64,000 bases of DNA from Calditrichaceae bacterium (lineage in GTDB: Bacteria > Calditrichota > Calditrichia > RBG-13-44-9 > J075): NCBI GenBank assembly GCA_013360445.1, contig JABWBP010000036.1:322-64321 (forward strand). Reading direction: 5' to 3'. Below, in pieces: positions 18,577 through 28,463 of this stretch. Each line of letters starts with the position of its first letter. Position 1 is the stretch's first letter. The notes under the pieces were generated by a model. The model made no database searches and had not been told where the DNA came from. It saw only the letters and a list, made by a program, of their open reading frames with translations. The translations under genes were made by a program, and so were the position numbers.

Positions 18577-20496
18577 TCAAAATTCGATCTGCACCCCCAT
18601 CTCTACCACCCGGTAGGGGGGAATCCGGTAATGGAACACCACCCGCTGGGCGTTCCGCTCCATGAAGGAAAAAAGGTGCTTTCGCCATTTCGACATTTTG
18701 GGGGCAGAAGTAACCACCAGGCTCTTCTGGCTGGTAAAAAAAGTGGTCTCCATTTCTTTGTACTCGAAACCGGGGATGGCGATCTGCTTCAGCAGGCGGG
18801 GAACGTGGGGGGATTCCATGAACCCGTATTTCGCCACAATGCGGAAAAATCCTTCTCCCAGGATGGTTGCCTGCACCCGCTCCTCCATTGCCACCCGGGG
18901 AGATTCCATGGTGAGGATGGTCAGGAATACCACCCGCTGGTGCAGTATTTTGTTGTGTTTGAGATTGTGCAGGATGGAGCGGGGAACCCCGTCCACGTCG
19001 CTGCTCAAGTACACCGCGGCGCCGGCTACCCGTTGGGGAGGGTTTATGCGGATGCTTTCCAGGAATTCCTGATCGGAAAGGGCGATCGATTTTCTTTGAA
19101 CGCTCAGGATTTCCTGCCCGCGGATCCAGGTGGTTAACAACACAAAAATAACCATCGCCGCCAAAAAGGCAAACCAGCCGCCGTGGTGAATTTTTACGGT
19201 ATTGGAGAGCAGAAAGGCGGAATCGAAGAGCAGGAAAGGGACGATGGCGAACAAGGCTGCGCCGGCGCTCCATTTCCAATAGATCCGCGCGCAGTAATAC
19301 GCCAATACCGTGGTCAGCACCATGGTGGTTGAAACCGCGATGCCATAGGCTGCGGCCAGGTTGCCGGAGCTGCGGAAGCCTAACACCAGCCCGATGGTGC
19401 ACAGCATCAACAGCCAGTTTACCATGGGAACATAGATTTGCCCGATTTGCCTGGCGGAGGAGTGGCGAATTTCCATTCTCGGCAGGTATCCTAATTGCAG
19501 GGCCTGCCGGGTCAACGAAAACGCCCCGGAGATGACCGCCTGGGAAGCAATGATCGCCGCGGCGGTGGCCAGCGCCACCAGGGGATATAACGCCCAGGCA
19601 GGGGCCATGCGGAAGAAGGTATTCTTGACCGCCGAGGGATCGGTGAGGATCAGCGCGCCCTGGCCTAAGTAGTTCAACAGCAGGGCCGGGAAAACCATCG
19701 CGAACCAGCTAAAACGAATGGAGCGCACCCCGAAATGCCCCATGTCCGCATACACCGCTTCGCCGCCGGTTACGACCAGGAATACCGCTCCCAGCACCAG
19801 AAATCCCTCGAAGCCGTTATGGAGGAAGAAAGAAACCGCGTGTCGGGGATCGAAGGCTGCGAAAATTCCCGGTTCCCTGGCGATCCAGGAAATTCCCAGC
19901 GCCGCCAGCGCCCCGAACCAGAGCAGCATTACCGGGCCGAATACCCGCCCCACCTTTTCCGTGCCGTGGCGCTGGAATGTAAATAACCCGATGAGAATGC
20001 CCACGGCCGCGGGAATCACGAACGGCTCCAGCGCCGGGGTCAGGGTTTCCAGGCCATCCACGGCGCTCAACACCGTAATGGCCGGGGTGATCATGCCGTC
20101 GCCGTAGAGCAAAGCCGCGCCTAAGATGGCGGTGGCCTGCACCAAAAAGCCTAACTTCGGCTTTTTTTCCAGCCGGGAGTGAACCAGGGCCATCAGGGCG
20201 AAAACCCCGCCTTCGCCGCGGTTATCCGCGTTCATGATCAGAATGAGATATTTAATCGAGATGACCAGGATCAGCGACCAGATGATCAGGGAGAGCACTC
20301 CCAGCACGTTCTCAACCGAAACCGGCACGGGATGGGCTTCGGAAAAACACTCCCGCACCGCGTAAAGCGGGCTGGTGCCGATGTCTCCGTACACCACTCC
20401 TAACGCTCCCAGGGCCATCATCAGGAGCCGGGGACGAACGGAAGAGGAGTCTCCGGGCGATCTGGCATCCGGATTATTTTCTGCCGGGGTTTCCAA
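18577..20496 (-). CDS. kup: KUP/HAK/KT potassium uptake permease
   Basis: LGVVYGDIGTSPLY, ADNRGEGG, GDGMITPAITVLSAV, TGGEAVYADMGHFG and GQIYVP. Confidence 0.96.
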   Translation of the reverse strand: METPAENNPDARSPGDSSSVRPRLLMMALGALGVVYGDIGTSPLYAVRECFSEAHPVPVSVENVLGVLSLIIWSLILVISIKYLILIMNADNRGEGGVFALMALVHSRLEKKPKLGFLVQATAILGAALLYGDGMITPAITVLSAVDGLETLTPALEPFVIPAAVGILIGLFTFQRHGTEKVGRVFGPVMLLWFGALAALGISWIAREPGIFAAFDPRHAVSFFLHNGFEGFLVLGAVFLVVTGGEAVYADMGHFGVRSIRFSWFAMVFPALLLNYLGQGALILTDPSAVKNTFFRMAPAWALYPLVALATAAAIIASQAVISGAFSLTRQALQLGYLPRMEIRHSSARQIGQIYVPMVNWLLMLCTIGLVLGFRSSGNLAAAYGIAVSTTMVLTTVLAYYCARIYWKWSAGAALFAIVPFLLFDSAFLLSNTVKIHHGGWFAFLAAMVIFVLLTTWIRGQEILSVQRKSIALSDQEFLESIRINPPQRVAGAAVYLSSDVDGVPRSILHNLKHNKILHQRVVFLTILTMESPRVAMEERVQATILGEGFFRIVAKYGFMESPHVPRLLKQIAIPGFEYKEMETTFFTSQKSLVVTSAPKMSKWRKHLFSFMERNAQRVVFHYRIPPYRVVEMGVQIEF

Positions 20497-20530
20497 TGTT
20501 TACACATCCATAAACGTTGCGCCGGGTTTT

Positions 20531-21448
20531 TCAACTTCCGAAAATCCGGAAGTGTTTTTTTACCCAGTTTGCGCCGAAATAGCTGGTAATGATATATCCC
20601 AGGGTTTTCCAATTCCACTGGCTGCGCCGGAAATATTTCCGCGCCTTCTTCATCCGGCCGATTTTATAAAAATAGCGCGCGTAGGTGCCGTTTATCCGGC
20701 GGGCCGCCAGGGCGACCTCCTTGGGGTAGCGGTCTTCGTACTCTTCCAGGGTCATCAGGCTGTGGTAATGCGCCACCCTGCGGAAATAGGGATTGAGCGA
20801 GAGGTTGCTGCCGTACACGTGCCGGGTAATCAGGGGGACGCAGATTCTGGCCGCGGGCTGCCCGGCGGTCAATTTCAAAAGATAGTCGAAGTCGCAGACC
20901 CCGAAATTTTCTTCGAAGCGAATCCGCTTGAGATCGCGGTGAAACAGGAGCGAAGAGATCAAGGCGAGGGGGCTTTGGGAGTCTTTTTCCCAGCGAAGCA
21001 GGCGCAGGAACACCTGGTTGGGTTCATAAAAGAGCACTTTGCCGGAGCGGTCGCTGAAATAATCGGTTTTACCGGTAAGCTGATCCAGGATTTCAAAATC
21101 GCAGAAAACCAGCGCCGCCCGGTCGATGAGTTCCAGTTGGCGTTGTAATTTTGCCGGATGCCACTCGTCGTCCTGGTCGATCAGGGCAATAAAATCGCCG
21201 GCGGCGGCTTCCAACCCCAAATTCCGCCCGGCGCTCGGCCCCCCGGTGTTGCGGGGAGTTCTAAGGGCGATCACATCTTTCTCCGCCCGCAGCAGTTCCC
21301 AGGTGCCGTCGCTGCTGTGGTCGTCAGCGGCAATGATTTCAAGCTCGTACAGTTTGCCTGCTCCCTCCTGCCGCCGCAAAGAGTTCAAGCAGCGCGGGAT
21401 TACCTCCGCGCCGTTATAGGTGGGAATGACCACGCTGATTTTTCGCAT
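20531..21448 (-). CDS. Glycosyltransferase family 2
   Basis: ISVVIPTYNG, DDHSSDGT, GPSAGRNLG and IALIDQDDEW..KLQRQ. The start was moved to ATG 21448. Confidence 0.9.
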   Translation of the reverse strand: MRKISVVIPTYNGAEVIPRCLNSLRRQEGAGKLYELEIIAADDHSSDGTWELLRAEKDVIALRTPRNTGGPSAGRNLGLEAAAGDFIALIDQDDEWHPAKLQRQLELIDRAALVFCDFEILDQLTGKTDYFSDRSGKVLFYEPNQVFLRLLRWEKDSQSPLALISSLLFHRDLKRIRFEENFGVCDFDYLLKLTAGQPAARICVPLITRHVYGSNLSLNPYFRRVAHYHSLMTLEEYEDRYPKEVALAARRINGTYARYFYKIGRMKKARKYFRRSQWNWKTLGYIITSYFGANWVKKHFRIFGS

Positions 21449-21714
21449 ATCCTGAACCTTCGTATCTGGCGCAAAATTTATGAATGAGAAGCCACCCGGG
21501 GGTAATAAATAATAACAGAACCCGGGCAGCATCAGGCGGGTTATCAGCCCGGCATCCGGGGTTGAAAAACGCAAGGTAAAATGGGATGCTGAAATTGCGG
21601 GGAACGAAAAATATCATACTCGCGAGAATAAAGAATCGGGAAAGACAGGAGATACCCCCCCGGGGAGCAATAGCCCCCTCGGGAGGTAAAAAAATCTGTG
21701 TTGGGGAAGGTATT

Positions 21715-22014
21715 TTACCAGTACTGCCCGCCGCCTCGCCGGTTGCCTCCCTTGCCGCCGCGGCGTTTGTCCGACTTCGGGCGCGCTTCGCTGATCTTTA
21801 GCGTGCTTCCTTTCAGCTCCTGGCCGTTCAATGCTTTCATGGCCGTATCTGCTTCGGCATTGTTGGGCATTTCCACAAAGCCAAAACCTCTTGATAAGCC
21901 GCTGAAGTTATCTTTGATGACTTTTGCCGAGGCCACTTCGCCATAGGCTTCAAAAGCTCCGCGCAAATCTTCATCCGTAACTTCACGCGCTAAATTGCCG
22001 ATGTACATGTTCAT
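21715..22014 (-). CDS. RRM (RNP-1) RNA-binding protein with Gly/Arg-rich tail
   Basis: RNP2 MYIGNL, RNP1 RGFGFVEM and an RRGGKGGNRRGGG tail. Confidence 0.95.
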   Translation of the reverse strand: MNMYIGNLAREVTDEDLRGAFEAYGEVASAKVIKDNFSGLSRGFGFVEMPNNAEADTAMKALNGQELKGSTLKISEARPKSDKRRGGKGGNRRGGGQYW

Positions 22015-22049
22015 CTGTTTCTCCGTTGAACCAAGTTTTCAGATTCCTA

Positions 22050-22085
22050 CAAAAAAAAGGCGGCACTGTTGAGTGTCGCCTTTTT
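22050..22085 (-). terminator. Intrinsic terminator (potentially bidirectional) between the csp and RRM genes
   Basis: AAAAAAAAGGCGGCACT-gttg-AGTGTCGCCTTTTT. The stem has A/T runs on both sides. Confidence 0.7.
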
Positions 22086-22212
22086 AAATTTTTTCGCTGA
22101 TGACTTAGTAAAATCGTTAGCCTGTTCAGCCAACCTATCCATTGAAAAAGAGCACCATACCTGTTTTTTTGTGACTCTTTTTGAATTTACTAAGGATTCA
22201 CATCACTTCACC

Positions 22213-22425
22213 TTACAAGACAACCACATCTTGTGCCTGGCGGCCTTTCTTGCCTTCTCCAATGGTGAATTCAACTTCCTGTCCTTCTTCCAGGGTGCGA
22301 TAGCCGCCGTTATCCCGAATGGAAGTGTAGTGGACGAAAAGATCTTCGCCTTCGCCGTTGGAGATAAAACCATAGCCTTTGCTGGCATTAAACCACTTCA
22401 CAACTCCGTGTACTCGATCTGACAT
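22213..22425 (-). CDS. csp: Cold-shock protein (CspA family)
   Basis: [24 protein letters not shown] and [17 protein letters not shown]. Confidence 0.96.
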   Translation of the reverse strand: MSDRVHGVVKWFNASKGYGFISNGEGEDLFVHYTSIRDNGGYRTLEEGQEVEFTIGEGKKGRQAQDVVVL

Positions 22426-22635
22426 TACTACTTCTCCTTAAACTATAAGATTGTAACAGTTAATTAATTTAGGGCATTCAAGACTGGTATGATAACGCAG
22501 GCCGGAATTCCTAAAAGAACGGCTAAAAGTAAGCCAAGCATTTTATTTTGTCAAGAAAAATAAATAAATTTATTGCGATATGCCGGATACCGGATAAGCA
22601 CGAGTAATTGGGCGACCGGCATCCGGAATCCGGCA

Positions 22636-24249
22636 TCAGATCAGGCTTTCGATCCGCTCTATCACCGGGTAAACGTTGGCGGTCAGCCAGCGCGGGTCGG
22701 TTTGCTCGTCGAAGGCGATCTGTTTGTAAGACCGGTCGATCCAGTAGAGAAGCAGGGTTGTGAAGGGATTGACGGGCGTTGTCCCCGTCGCTGCAAAATA
22801 ATCGCGGCAGAGGGGAAAAAACTCCTCGCCGGGCTGCCCGGCGCTCTTCAGCAAACCGGGAAGGCTTAAGCGATGGCGCTGGCGGATGCTCCTTCCCAAC
22901 AGGCTGGCAATGTCCACCAGGGCCAGCTCATCGCGGCTGCCCATGTCCCAGTCGATAATCCCGGCGACGTTCCCCCGGGAATCGAAGAGGCAGTTCCCGA
23001 TCTTGAAATCGCCGTGCGCCAGGCCGGCAAGCATTTTTTTGTCCCGCAATTCCGCAAACAGAAATTCAGCGATGCGCTGCATGGCGGCGCGGTTTTGCGG
23101 GTGCGCCGGCAATTTGCCTTCGATTGCCGCTAATTTCGGCTGAATGTAGGCGTTGAATTCTCCTTCCCGGAACGCCATCACCCGCCCGAATTGCTGGTGA
23201 ATCTGCCGGATCGCTTCCTGGGTTTTACGAAACAGCTCCAGCGCCGCTTCCCGGCTTCCTTCGGTAAAGGCCCTTTCCATGCTCCTGCCGGAAATTCCCT
23301 CCTCCACGTATGCGGGCAGCGCCGGTTCCGGGTGCAATGCTACCGGGCGGGGCGTGAGCGCGGCGCCCTGTTGATGTAAGAAATTAGCCAAAGAAGCCTG
23401 GTTCTGAACCCGTTGCAGGGAGTGTTCGGTTAAGGGAAAGCGGATGAAACAGGTTTTCTGCCCGTTCGAAACCCGCAGCAGCAGCACCCCGGTGGTGGAG
23501 ATGTACGCCTGGCGCAGAAACCGCGCCGGGGCAGCGGAAGCCGCCACGGCAGGGAATAGTTGCCGGATGGCCTTCCCGGCTAACCCTCCTTCTCTCGCGC
23601 CGGGCGAAGCGCTGCCGGCGGCGCTGGCGACGATCACTTGGGGATGGGCTTGCAGGTAAAAAAAGCCTTTTCGAAGCAGGCGGCGCTTCAAGGGAGATTC
23701 GCTGAGGGCGGGAATATCCGTTCCGAATCCCGGCAGCACTAAGTACCGGGGCTTGCTCAGGCCCGGTTCGATGAGGAAATGCCAGTCTGCGGAAAAACCT
23801 CCCCGGCCCAGCCGGCTTAGCAACTCCCGCTCCCGCGGGAACGAACCCCGCCGCCATCCGAAATACCAGGGGAGATTCCTCCATACCTCGCGACCGGAAG
23901 CCGCCCAGTCTAACCAGATAATGCTCCCCCGCGGCGCGAGCAATTCATGCACCCGCGATAAAATGCCGGTTCCCCGGCTATGCTCCAGGTCGATGCAGAT
24001 CGCATCGAAATGCCCCCGGAAGCCGGTAAAATTCTCCGGGGTGATGAATTCTACCGGCGCCGCCGCAGCCTGGCGGAAGCGCTTCTCCGCGCTGCGGGCC
24101 GGCCAGAAGACCGGCTCGATCCCCAAAAAATTGAAGGGGATTTGCATGCGTTCGGGATGGTCGGTCACCATCAGCAGGCGAGCGCCCGGCCGCGCCGCGG
24201 TAAAGTAGAGAAACGGGAAGAGGGTGTAAGAGCGTTCCAGGAAGGTCAT
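22636..24249 (-). CDS. APH/choline-kinase-like phosphotransferase with a degenerate N-terminal methyltransferase-like region
   Basis: C-terminal LAHGDFKIGNCL and GIIDWD. N-terminal FDAICIDLEH..LSRVHELLAPRGSI resembles class I MTase strands but lacks a clear GxG motif. Confidence 0.65.
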   Translation of the reverse strand: MTFLERSYTLFPFLYFTAARPGARLLMVTDHPERMQIPFNFLGIEPVFWPARSAEKRFRQAAAAPVEFITPENFTGFRGHFDAICIDLEHSRGTGILSRVHELLAPRGSIIWLDWAASGREVWRNLPWYFGWRRGSFPRERELLSRLGRGGFSADWHFLIEPGLSKPRYLVLPGFGTDIPALSESPLKRRLLRKGFFYLQAHPQVIVASAAGSASPGAREGGLAGKAIRQLFPAVAASAAPARFLRQAYISTTGVLLLRVSNGQKTCFIRFPLTEHSLQRVQNQASLANFLHQQGAALTPRPVALHPEPALPAYVEEGISGRSMERAFTEGSREAALELFRKTQEAIRQIHQQFGRVMAFREGEFNAYIQPKLAAIEGKLPAHPQNRAAMQRIAEFLFAELRDKKMLAGLAHGDFKIGNCLFDSRGNVAGIIDWDMGSRDELALVDIASLLGRSIRQRHRLSLPGLLKSAGQPGEEFFPLCRDYFAATGTTPVNPFTTLLLYWIDRSYKQIAFDEQTDPRWLTANVYPVIERIESLI

Positions 24250-24325
24250 GGAGTAGGTTTTGAGTTTTGAGTTGCGAGTTTAGAACCCACTGAAAATGTT
24301 TCCCGCTCCGAATACGCCGAGCAGG

Positions 24326-24430
24326 CTAATGACCATCAATGACGCGCCGCCCCAACGGGGCAAGCCAATGACAGCGAAGATTAATAACGGCGAAGCCTAA
24401 TGACAGCGAAGCCAAATGAACAATAATGAC
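24326..24430. repeat. Degenerate ~16-bp tandem array AATGAC(A/G)GCGAAGC
   Basis: caatgacagcgaagattaataacggcgaagcctaatgacagcgaagccaaatgaac. The unit is the same as at 34328-34560. Confidence 0.7.
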
Positions 24431-25435
24431 TCAAAGAACCCCGCACAAGGCCGCCTCGAACACCGGGAGGGACATCTTCAGGCTGATGTTTACCCGGCGA
24501 AGCTGGTAGCGGTCGGTTTCCGCGGTGTTGAAATGCGGCACCTGGGTAAACGCGCAGCGATAACCGAGCTGCTGCAACTGCCGGATTTGCACTTCCGAGT
24601 AGTTCTCCCGCTCTCCGTTGGGGTAGCTCATGGTCAAACAGGGCTGGCCGGTCTGCTGTTCGATCAGCTTGCGGGAAACGCGCAATTCCCCCAGGCTCTC
24701 TTCCTCGCTCAGGGTCGCCAGCATCGGGTGGGTGTGAGTATGGGAGCCGATCACCTGCCCGGCGCGCGCCATTTCCCGCACTTCGTCCCAGGTCATGAAC
24801 AGGTAGCGCTCCTCTTCTTCCGGCTGCACCGTTAGGGGAACGTCGGAAAGCTGGGCTTTCATGTGCCCCAGCACTTCCTGGCGGCGGCGCAGGGGCGCAA
24901 CTTTCAAATATTTGCGGATGGCCAGCGAGGCATGTTCCCTTTGCGCCGGCGCGCCTAAGGGAAACGAGTGCGGCCGCTCAAGCTCCACCTCTACTTTCTC
25001 CCGGCGGGTTTTTTCTAACAAACGGGTAACCTGCTCGGTCCAGAGGAATTCCCGGGTATCGATCAAATGGGTGGTGATGAAAAAGCAGCCTTGCAGCCCG
25101 TATTTTTTCAAAATCGGCAGGGCATGGAGGTAGTTGTTGCGAAAACCGTCGTCAAAAGTGATCAGGAAACCGCCGGCCAGATTTCCCCCCGGCTCATAGA
25201 AATCTTCCGCCCGCAGCGGGCGATAGCGGCGCAATAAGAATTGGATTTGCTGTTCGAACTGGCCGGCGGTGACGAAGTTCCGGTACTGGAAGTCTCCGTT
25301 TCCGGGAGGTTTTTCCGGCAGCACCCCGTGGTAAGTCAGCGCCACCGCTTTCCCGCGGTGTTTCCGGCGCAGGGAGCGGTACAGGCCTAATTTCCCCAGG
25401 CTGCTGAATCCGATATATTTTACCAGATCATTCAT
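24431..25435 (-). CDS. Polysaccharide deacetylase (CE4/NodB)
   Basis: LTYHGV, LITFDDGFRNNY, MTWDEVREM, IGSHTHTHP and SYPNG. Start at ATG 25435 overlaps the upstream stop. Confidence 0.9.
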   Translation of the reverse strand: MNDLVKYIGFSSLGKLGLYRSLRRKHRGKAVALTYHGVLPEKPPGNGDFQYRNFVTAGQFEQQIQFLLRRYRPLRAEDFYEPGGNLAGGFLITFDDGFRNNYLHALPILKKYGLQGCFFITTHLIDTREFLWTEQVTRLLEKTRREKVEVELERPHSFPLGAPAQREHASLAIRKYLKVAPLRRRQEVLGHMKAQLSDVPLTVQPEEEERYLFMTWDEVREMARAGQVIGSHTHTHPMLATLSEEESLGELRVSRKLIEQQTGQPCLTMSYPNGERENYSEVQIRQLQQLGYRCAFTQVPHFNTAETDRYQLRRVNISLKMSLPVFEAALCGVL

Positions 25436-27194
25436 GCGTTTTTTTTCCGAATATGCGTTCATGGATGGTGGTGCGAAAGCTCCAGATCGCTTCCCGGTCG
25501 CCGGTTTGATACGCCAGGCGATGCGCCGCCGATTCCGCGGGGGTGAATGCGCCGCGACTCCTGGCTAACTCTAACAACCGGGTATCGTCGATGGCGCGTT
25601 TCAGCAATTTCAAGCGCAGGGAGGGGTAAATCCCCTTCTCTCCCCCCGCCTCAATCGCGTAGAAGATGAAATCCGATCCCTTGCCGGCGTGCAGCTCCCG
25701 GGCCACCGATTTCCAGGCCATAAAACCGCTCCACTCCTGCTCCCGGGCGCGATAGATGCGCTGAAAGGCGCGCGGGCTTCCCTCGGCGATCAGGGGGGTT
25801 TCCGAATAAATCCACACCTCTTTTCCCGCGGCCAGCAGCTTCCGCGCTTCCTGCGCCGCCGCTTCGCCGTTCAGGGAGTGGCCGGAGATGACCCAGATAT
25901 CCACCGCTTCGAGGATTTTATCGCCCCCGTTCACCCGGAAATCTTTGTCGCGATTTCCCCGGTGCTCATCGCAATAAAAATGGGAAATATCCACCCGGAA
26001 GCGCACTTTGAGCGCCCCGCTCTCCGCCTGCGGGCGGGCATTTGCCGCAAATACCCGGTGGGTCAGCTCCGCGTAGTAGCGCAACGCCTGGTAATCATCC
26101 ACTCCCTTGGGTTCATCCAAATTCCAGGGGATTTCGTTCCCTTTTCCGGGCTTCTGGTTGCAATAGACCTGGAAAATGGTGCGGGTCCATCCCTTTTCGG
26201 TAAAGTGGCGGATATACTCCCGGGCAAACGCCGTCCAGATTTGTTCGTACTGCTCCCGGTCGGAGAGATACAATTTGAAGGGAGCCGGCCAGTCCGGGTT
26301 GAAGGGGAGGTAAAAATGGCGCAGCGGGACGCCGTCTGCAAAAGCGCTGCCGTCGAAATAGGGGCCGAAGCGGGCGTCGAATTCCGACCAGTCTAATTGG
26401 GGATGGAGCAAATCATAGTTGAGAACCTTAGGAACCAGACCCTCCCGCGCTTCCCCGCTCTGGCTCTCGTAAGGCAGGGGATTGATGACCCCGTAATGGT
26501 CGCGCCCCATCCGGAAAACCACCTGCTCCAGCCGGGCGAGTTCCTGCGGGGAAAAGCTCTTGCGGAAGGGGTAGAGGTATTTATCGCCGTACTCGTTCAA
26601 ATCCAACAGCAAGCGCGGGGGCGGCAGGGCGGCGCCATGAACCGTGAGATTGACGGTTACCGCCTGGTTGATCTTCTCCCCGGAAATGCGCAGAGTGAAG
26701 GCGTACTCTCCCGCCGGGGTTTGCGCCGCCAGGGGAATTTCTACCCAGATAACCTGCCAGGCGCTCCCCGCCGGAACCACTTGCGCGTCTTTGACCATGC
26801 TGAAGCGGTCCCCGGGAGCATTTCCCGGCAGGGGAACCAGCAGGTCCGGAAAGTAGCGGTTTTCCAGCTCCGGCACTTTTACCGAGCCAACCTGGTAGAG
26901 GGTGCAGGGAAAGGCGGAGGGGTTCTCCAAATGGATCTGCAGCCAGGGTTCCGGCGGGAGTACGAGTTGGAAGGCCGCGGTCTCCCCCGGCACTGCGGAG
27001 AGGCGCAGGGAACCGCGCTCATCCACCAGGTTGAAACGCTCGCGCAAGGTTTCCACGGTCTGGCCGTTTCCCTGCACCAGCGCCCCGCTCACCGGGTTGA
27101 TCTTGAATTCGGGGATAAAAGCAATGGGGCGATCCTGCGCCAGCAACGGCGCGGCGCAAAACAGTAATACGGAGAGAATTCGGTCTAAGAGCAT
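25428..27194 (-). CDS. Secreted protein, possibly GH123/DUF4091-like glycoside hydrolase
   Basis: Signal peptide, LSAVPGETAAFQLV, VIWVEIP..TPAGEY, DWSEFD, LDEP and a C-terminal YPSLRLKLLKRAIDD. Confidence 0.55.
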   Translation of the reverse strand: MLLDRILSVLLFCAAPLLAQDRPIAFIPEFKINPVSGALVQGNGQTVETLRERFNLVDERGSLRLSAVPGETAAFQLVLPPEPWLQIHLENPSAFPCTLYQVGSVKVPELENRYFPDLLVPLPGNAPGDRFSMVKDAQVVPAGSAWQVIWVEIPLAAQTPAGEYAFTLRISGEKINQAVTVNLTVHGAALPPPRLLLDLNEYGDKYLYPFRKSFSPQELARLEQVVFRMGRDHYGVINPLPYESQSGEAREGLVPKVLNYDLLHPQLDWSEFDARFGPYFDGSAFADGVPLRHFYLPFNPDWPAPFKLYLSDREQYEQIWTAFAREYIRHFTEKGWTRTIFQVYCNQKPGKGNEIPWNLDEPKGVDDYQALRYYAELTHRVFAANARPQAESGALKVRFRVDISHFYCDEHRGNRDKDFRVNGGDKILEAVDIWVISGHSLNGEAAAQEARKLLAAGKEVWIYSETPLIAEGSPRAFQRIYRAREQEWSGFMAWKSVARELHAGKGSDFIFYAIEAGGEKGIYPSLRLKLLKRAIDDTRLLELARSRGAFTPAESAAHRLAYQTGDREAIWSFRTTIHERIFGKKTHE

Positions 27195-27240
27195 TGTTAA
27201 GTGTTATGGTATTTTAGTGTTTGCTTCGGAGTGCAACGCT

Positions 27241-28299
27241 TCAGCGTTGCTTTTCATGGTTATCCCGCATCGGATTGGTCAGTAAATCATCCAGCATCTT
27301 CAATTCCTTGCGCATCACCCGGCGGTTATAGAATTTTTCGGCAAACCCCTGCTTCCAGAACCGGGTGATTCCATTCAGATGGGTGAGGATGTGGCGGATC
27401 ATCAGGCAGCGGAAGACGCGGCGCTGATCCGCCCCTGGGTCGCCAAAGCCCTCTAACAGCGCGCGCTGCAGCTGCCCGACCACGCTGCGGCGGTATTGGG
27501 GTTTGCCGGTGAGCAGTTGGAGCTGAAAATAGAGCTTGCTGACGTCTAACAGGTAGGATTCTTTCACCAGCCGCCCGAAATCCAGCACCGTTACGGTATC
27601 TCCGTCCACCAGGATATTGCCGGGGTTAAAATCGCTATGGCTCAGGCTGACCAGCAAGTCCTCCGGGGTAAAGCGGGTTTTTTGCTGCGCCATAAACGCC
27701 AAAACCCGCTCGCGAAGAACCGGGTCAAAGCGCCGCCGGGGGTCTTCGGCGAGGATTTTAAGGCGCACGTCCATGTATTCCATTAAGCTCTCCGGCGAAT
27801 AGGTTTCCCCCGGTTCCGCTAAAATCGAGTGTTTGTAGCGCAGCCAGGCCCCGGTATTGCGCAGGCAGCGTTCGAGCTGCCGCAGCGCTGCCGGGGAAGG
27901 GAAATAGCGCGCATTCTTCAGCACCAGTTGAAACAGGCTCTCCCCCCTGCTCTCCTCGGTTACGGAAATGAACTGTTCCGGGATCGCCAGCAGCGGTTTT
28001 ACCACCCGGAATTGCGGGGAACCGGCGAATTTTTGATACCAGTAAAGTGCGTTTTGGTGCTCTTTCTCGACTTTCTGGCGATAGACTTCCGGGGGCTTGT
28101 TTTTCAGGTTGCGGTAACGTTTGATGAAAACCACCCGGGCGTCGCGCTCCCCCTGCACCCGGCAGCGGGCAATGAAGGAAAAGGGCCGGGTGATATACTG
28201 CAACACCTCCAGCCGCCGGAATTCCCCGATGGGCAGGGATTCCTCCCAGCGGCTGGGCGGGATGGAAAAGATAAGCTCATTGAGTTGCGATTTCTGCAT
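27241..28299 (-). CDS. APH-like phosphotransferase
   Basis: VFIKRY (ATP-binding Lys), SHSDFNPGNILV and VLDFG. Confidence 0.8.
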   Translation of the reverse strand: MQKSQLNELIFSIPPSRWEESLPIGEFRRLEVLQYITRPFSFIARCRVQGERDARVVFIKRYRNLKNKPPEVYRQKVEKEHQNALYWYQKFAGSPQFRVVKPLLAIPEQFISVTEESRGESLFQLVLKNARYFPSPAALRQLERCLRNTGAWLRYKHSILAEPGETYSPESLMEYMDVRLKILAEDPRRRFDPVLRERVLAFMAQQKTRFTPEDLLVSLSHSDFNPGNILVDGDTVTVLDFGRLVKESYLLDVSKLYFQLQLLTGKPQYRRSVVGQLQRALLEGFGDPGADQRRVFRCLMIRHILTHLNGITRFWKQGFAEKFYNRRVMRKELKMLDDLLTNPMRDNHEKQR

Positions 28300-28302
28300 G
28301 GT

Positions 28303-28447
28303 CTAAGTGAGCTAAAGTGATCTAAAGTGACTAAAGTGAGCTAAAGTGGCTAAAGTGTTTAAGCTATCCTGATCACGCGGTTTCAATCCATTCATCCATC
28401 AATCCACTAATCCATCATCCATCAATCCACTACTCATCACTCCAACC
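28303..28447. repeat. Two adjacent short tandem arrays: (CTAAAGTGA)n and (CAATCCAT)n
   Basis: ctaagtgagctaaagtgatctaaagtgactaaagtgagctaaagtggctaaagtg (28303-28357) and caatccattcatccatcaatccactaatccatcatccatcaatccac (from 28384). Confidence 0.8.
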
Positions 28448-28463
28448 CTCAACAATTCTCTGT

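Noticed and set aside
20497..20530. c-di-AMP or other riboswitch upstream of kup
   Set aside because: Only ~34 bp separate kup from the upstream GT2 gene, leaving no room.
22098..22203. Another MITE (CTTAGTAAA / TTTACTAAG)
   Set aside because: Only a 9-bp AT-rich match with no clear TSD, which is too weak.
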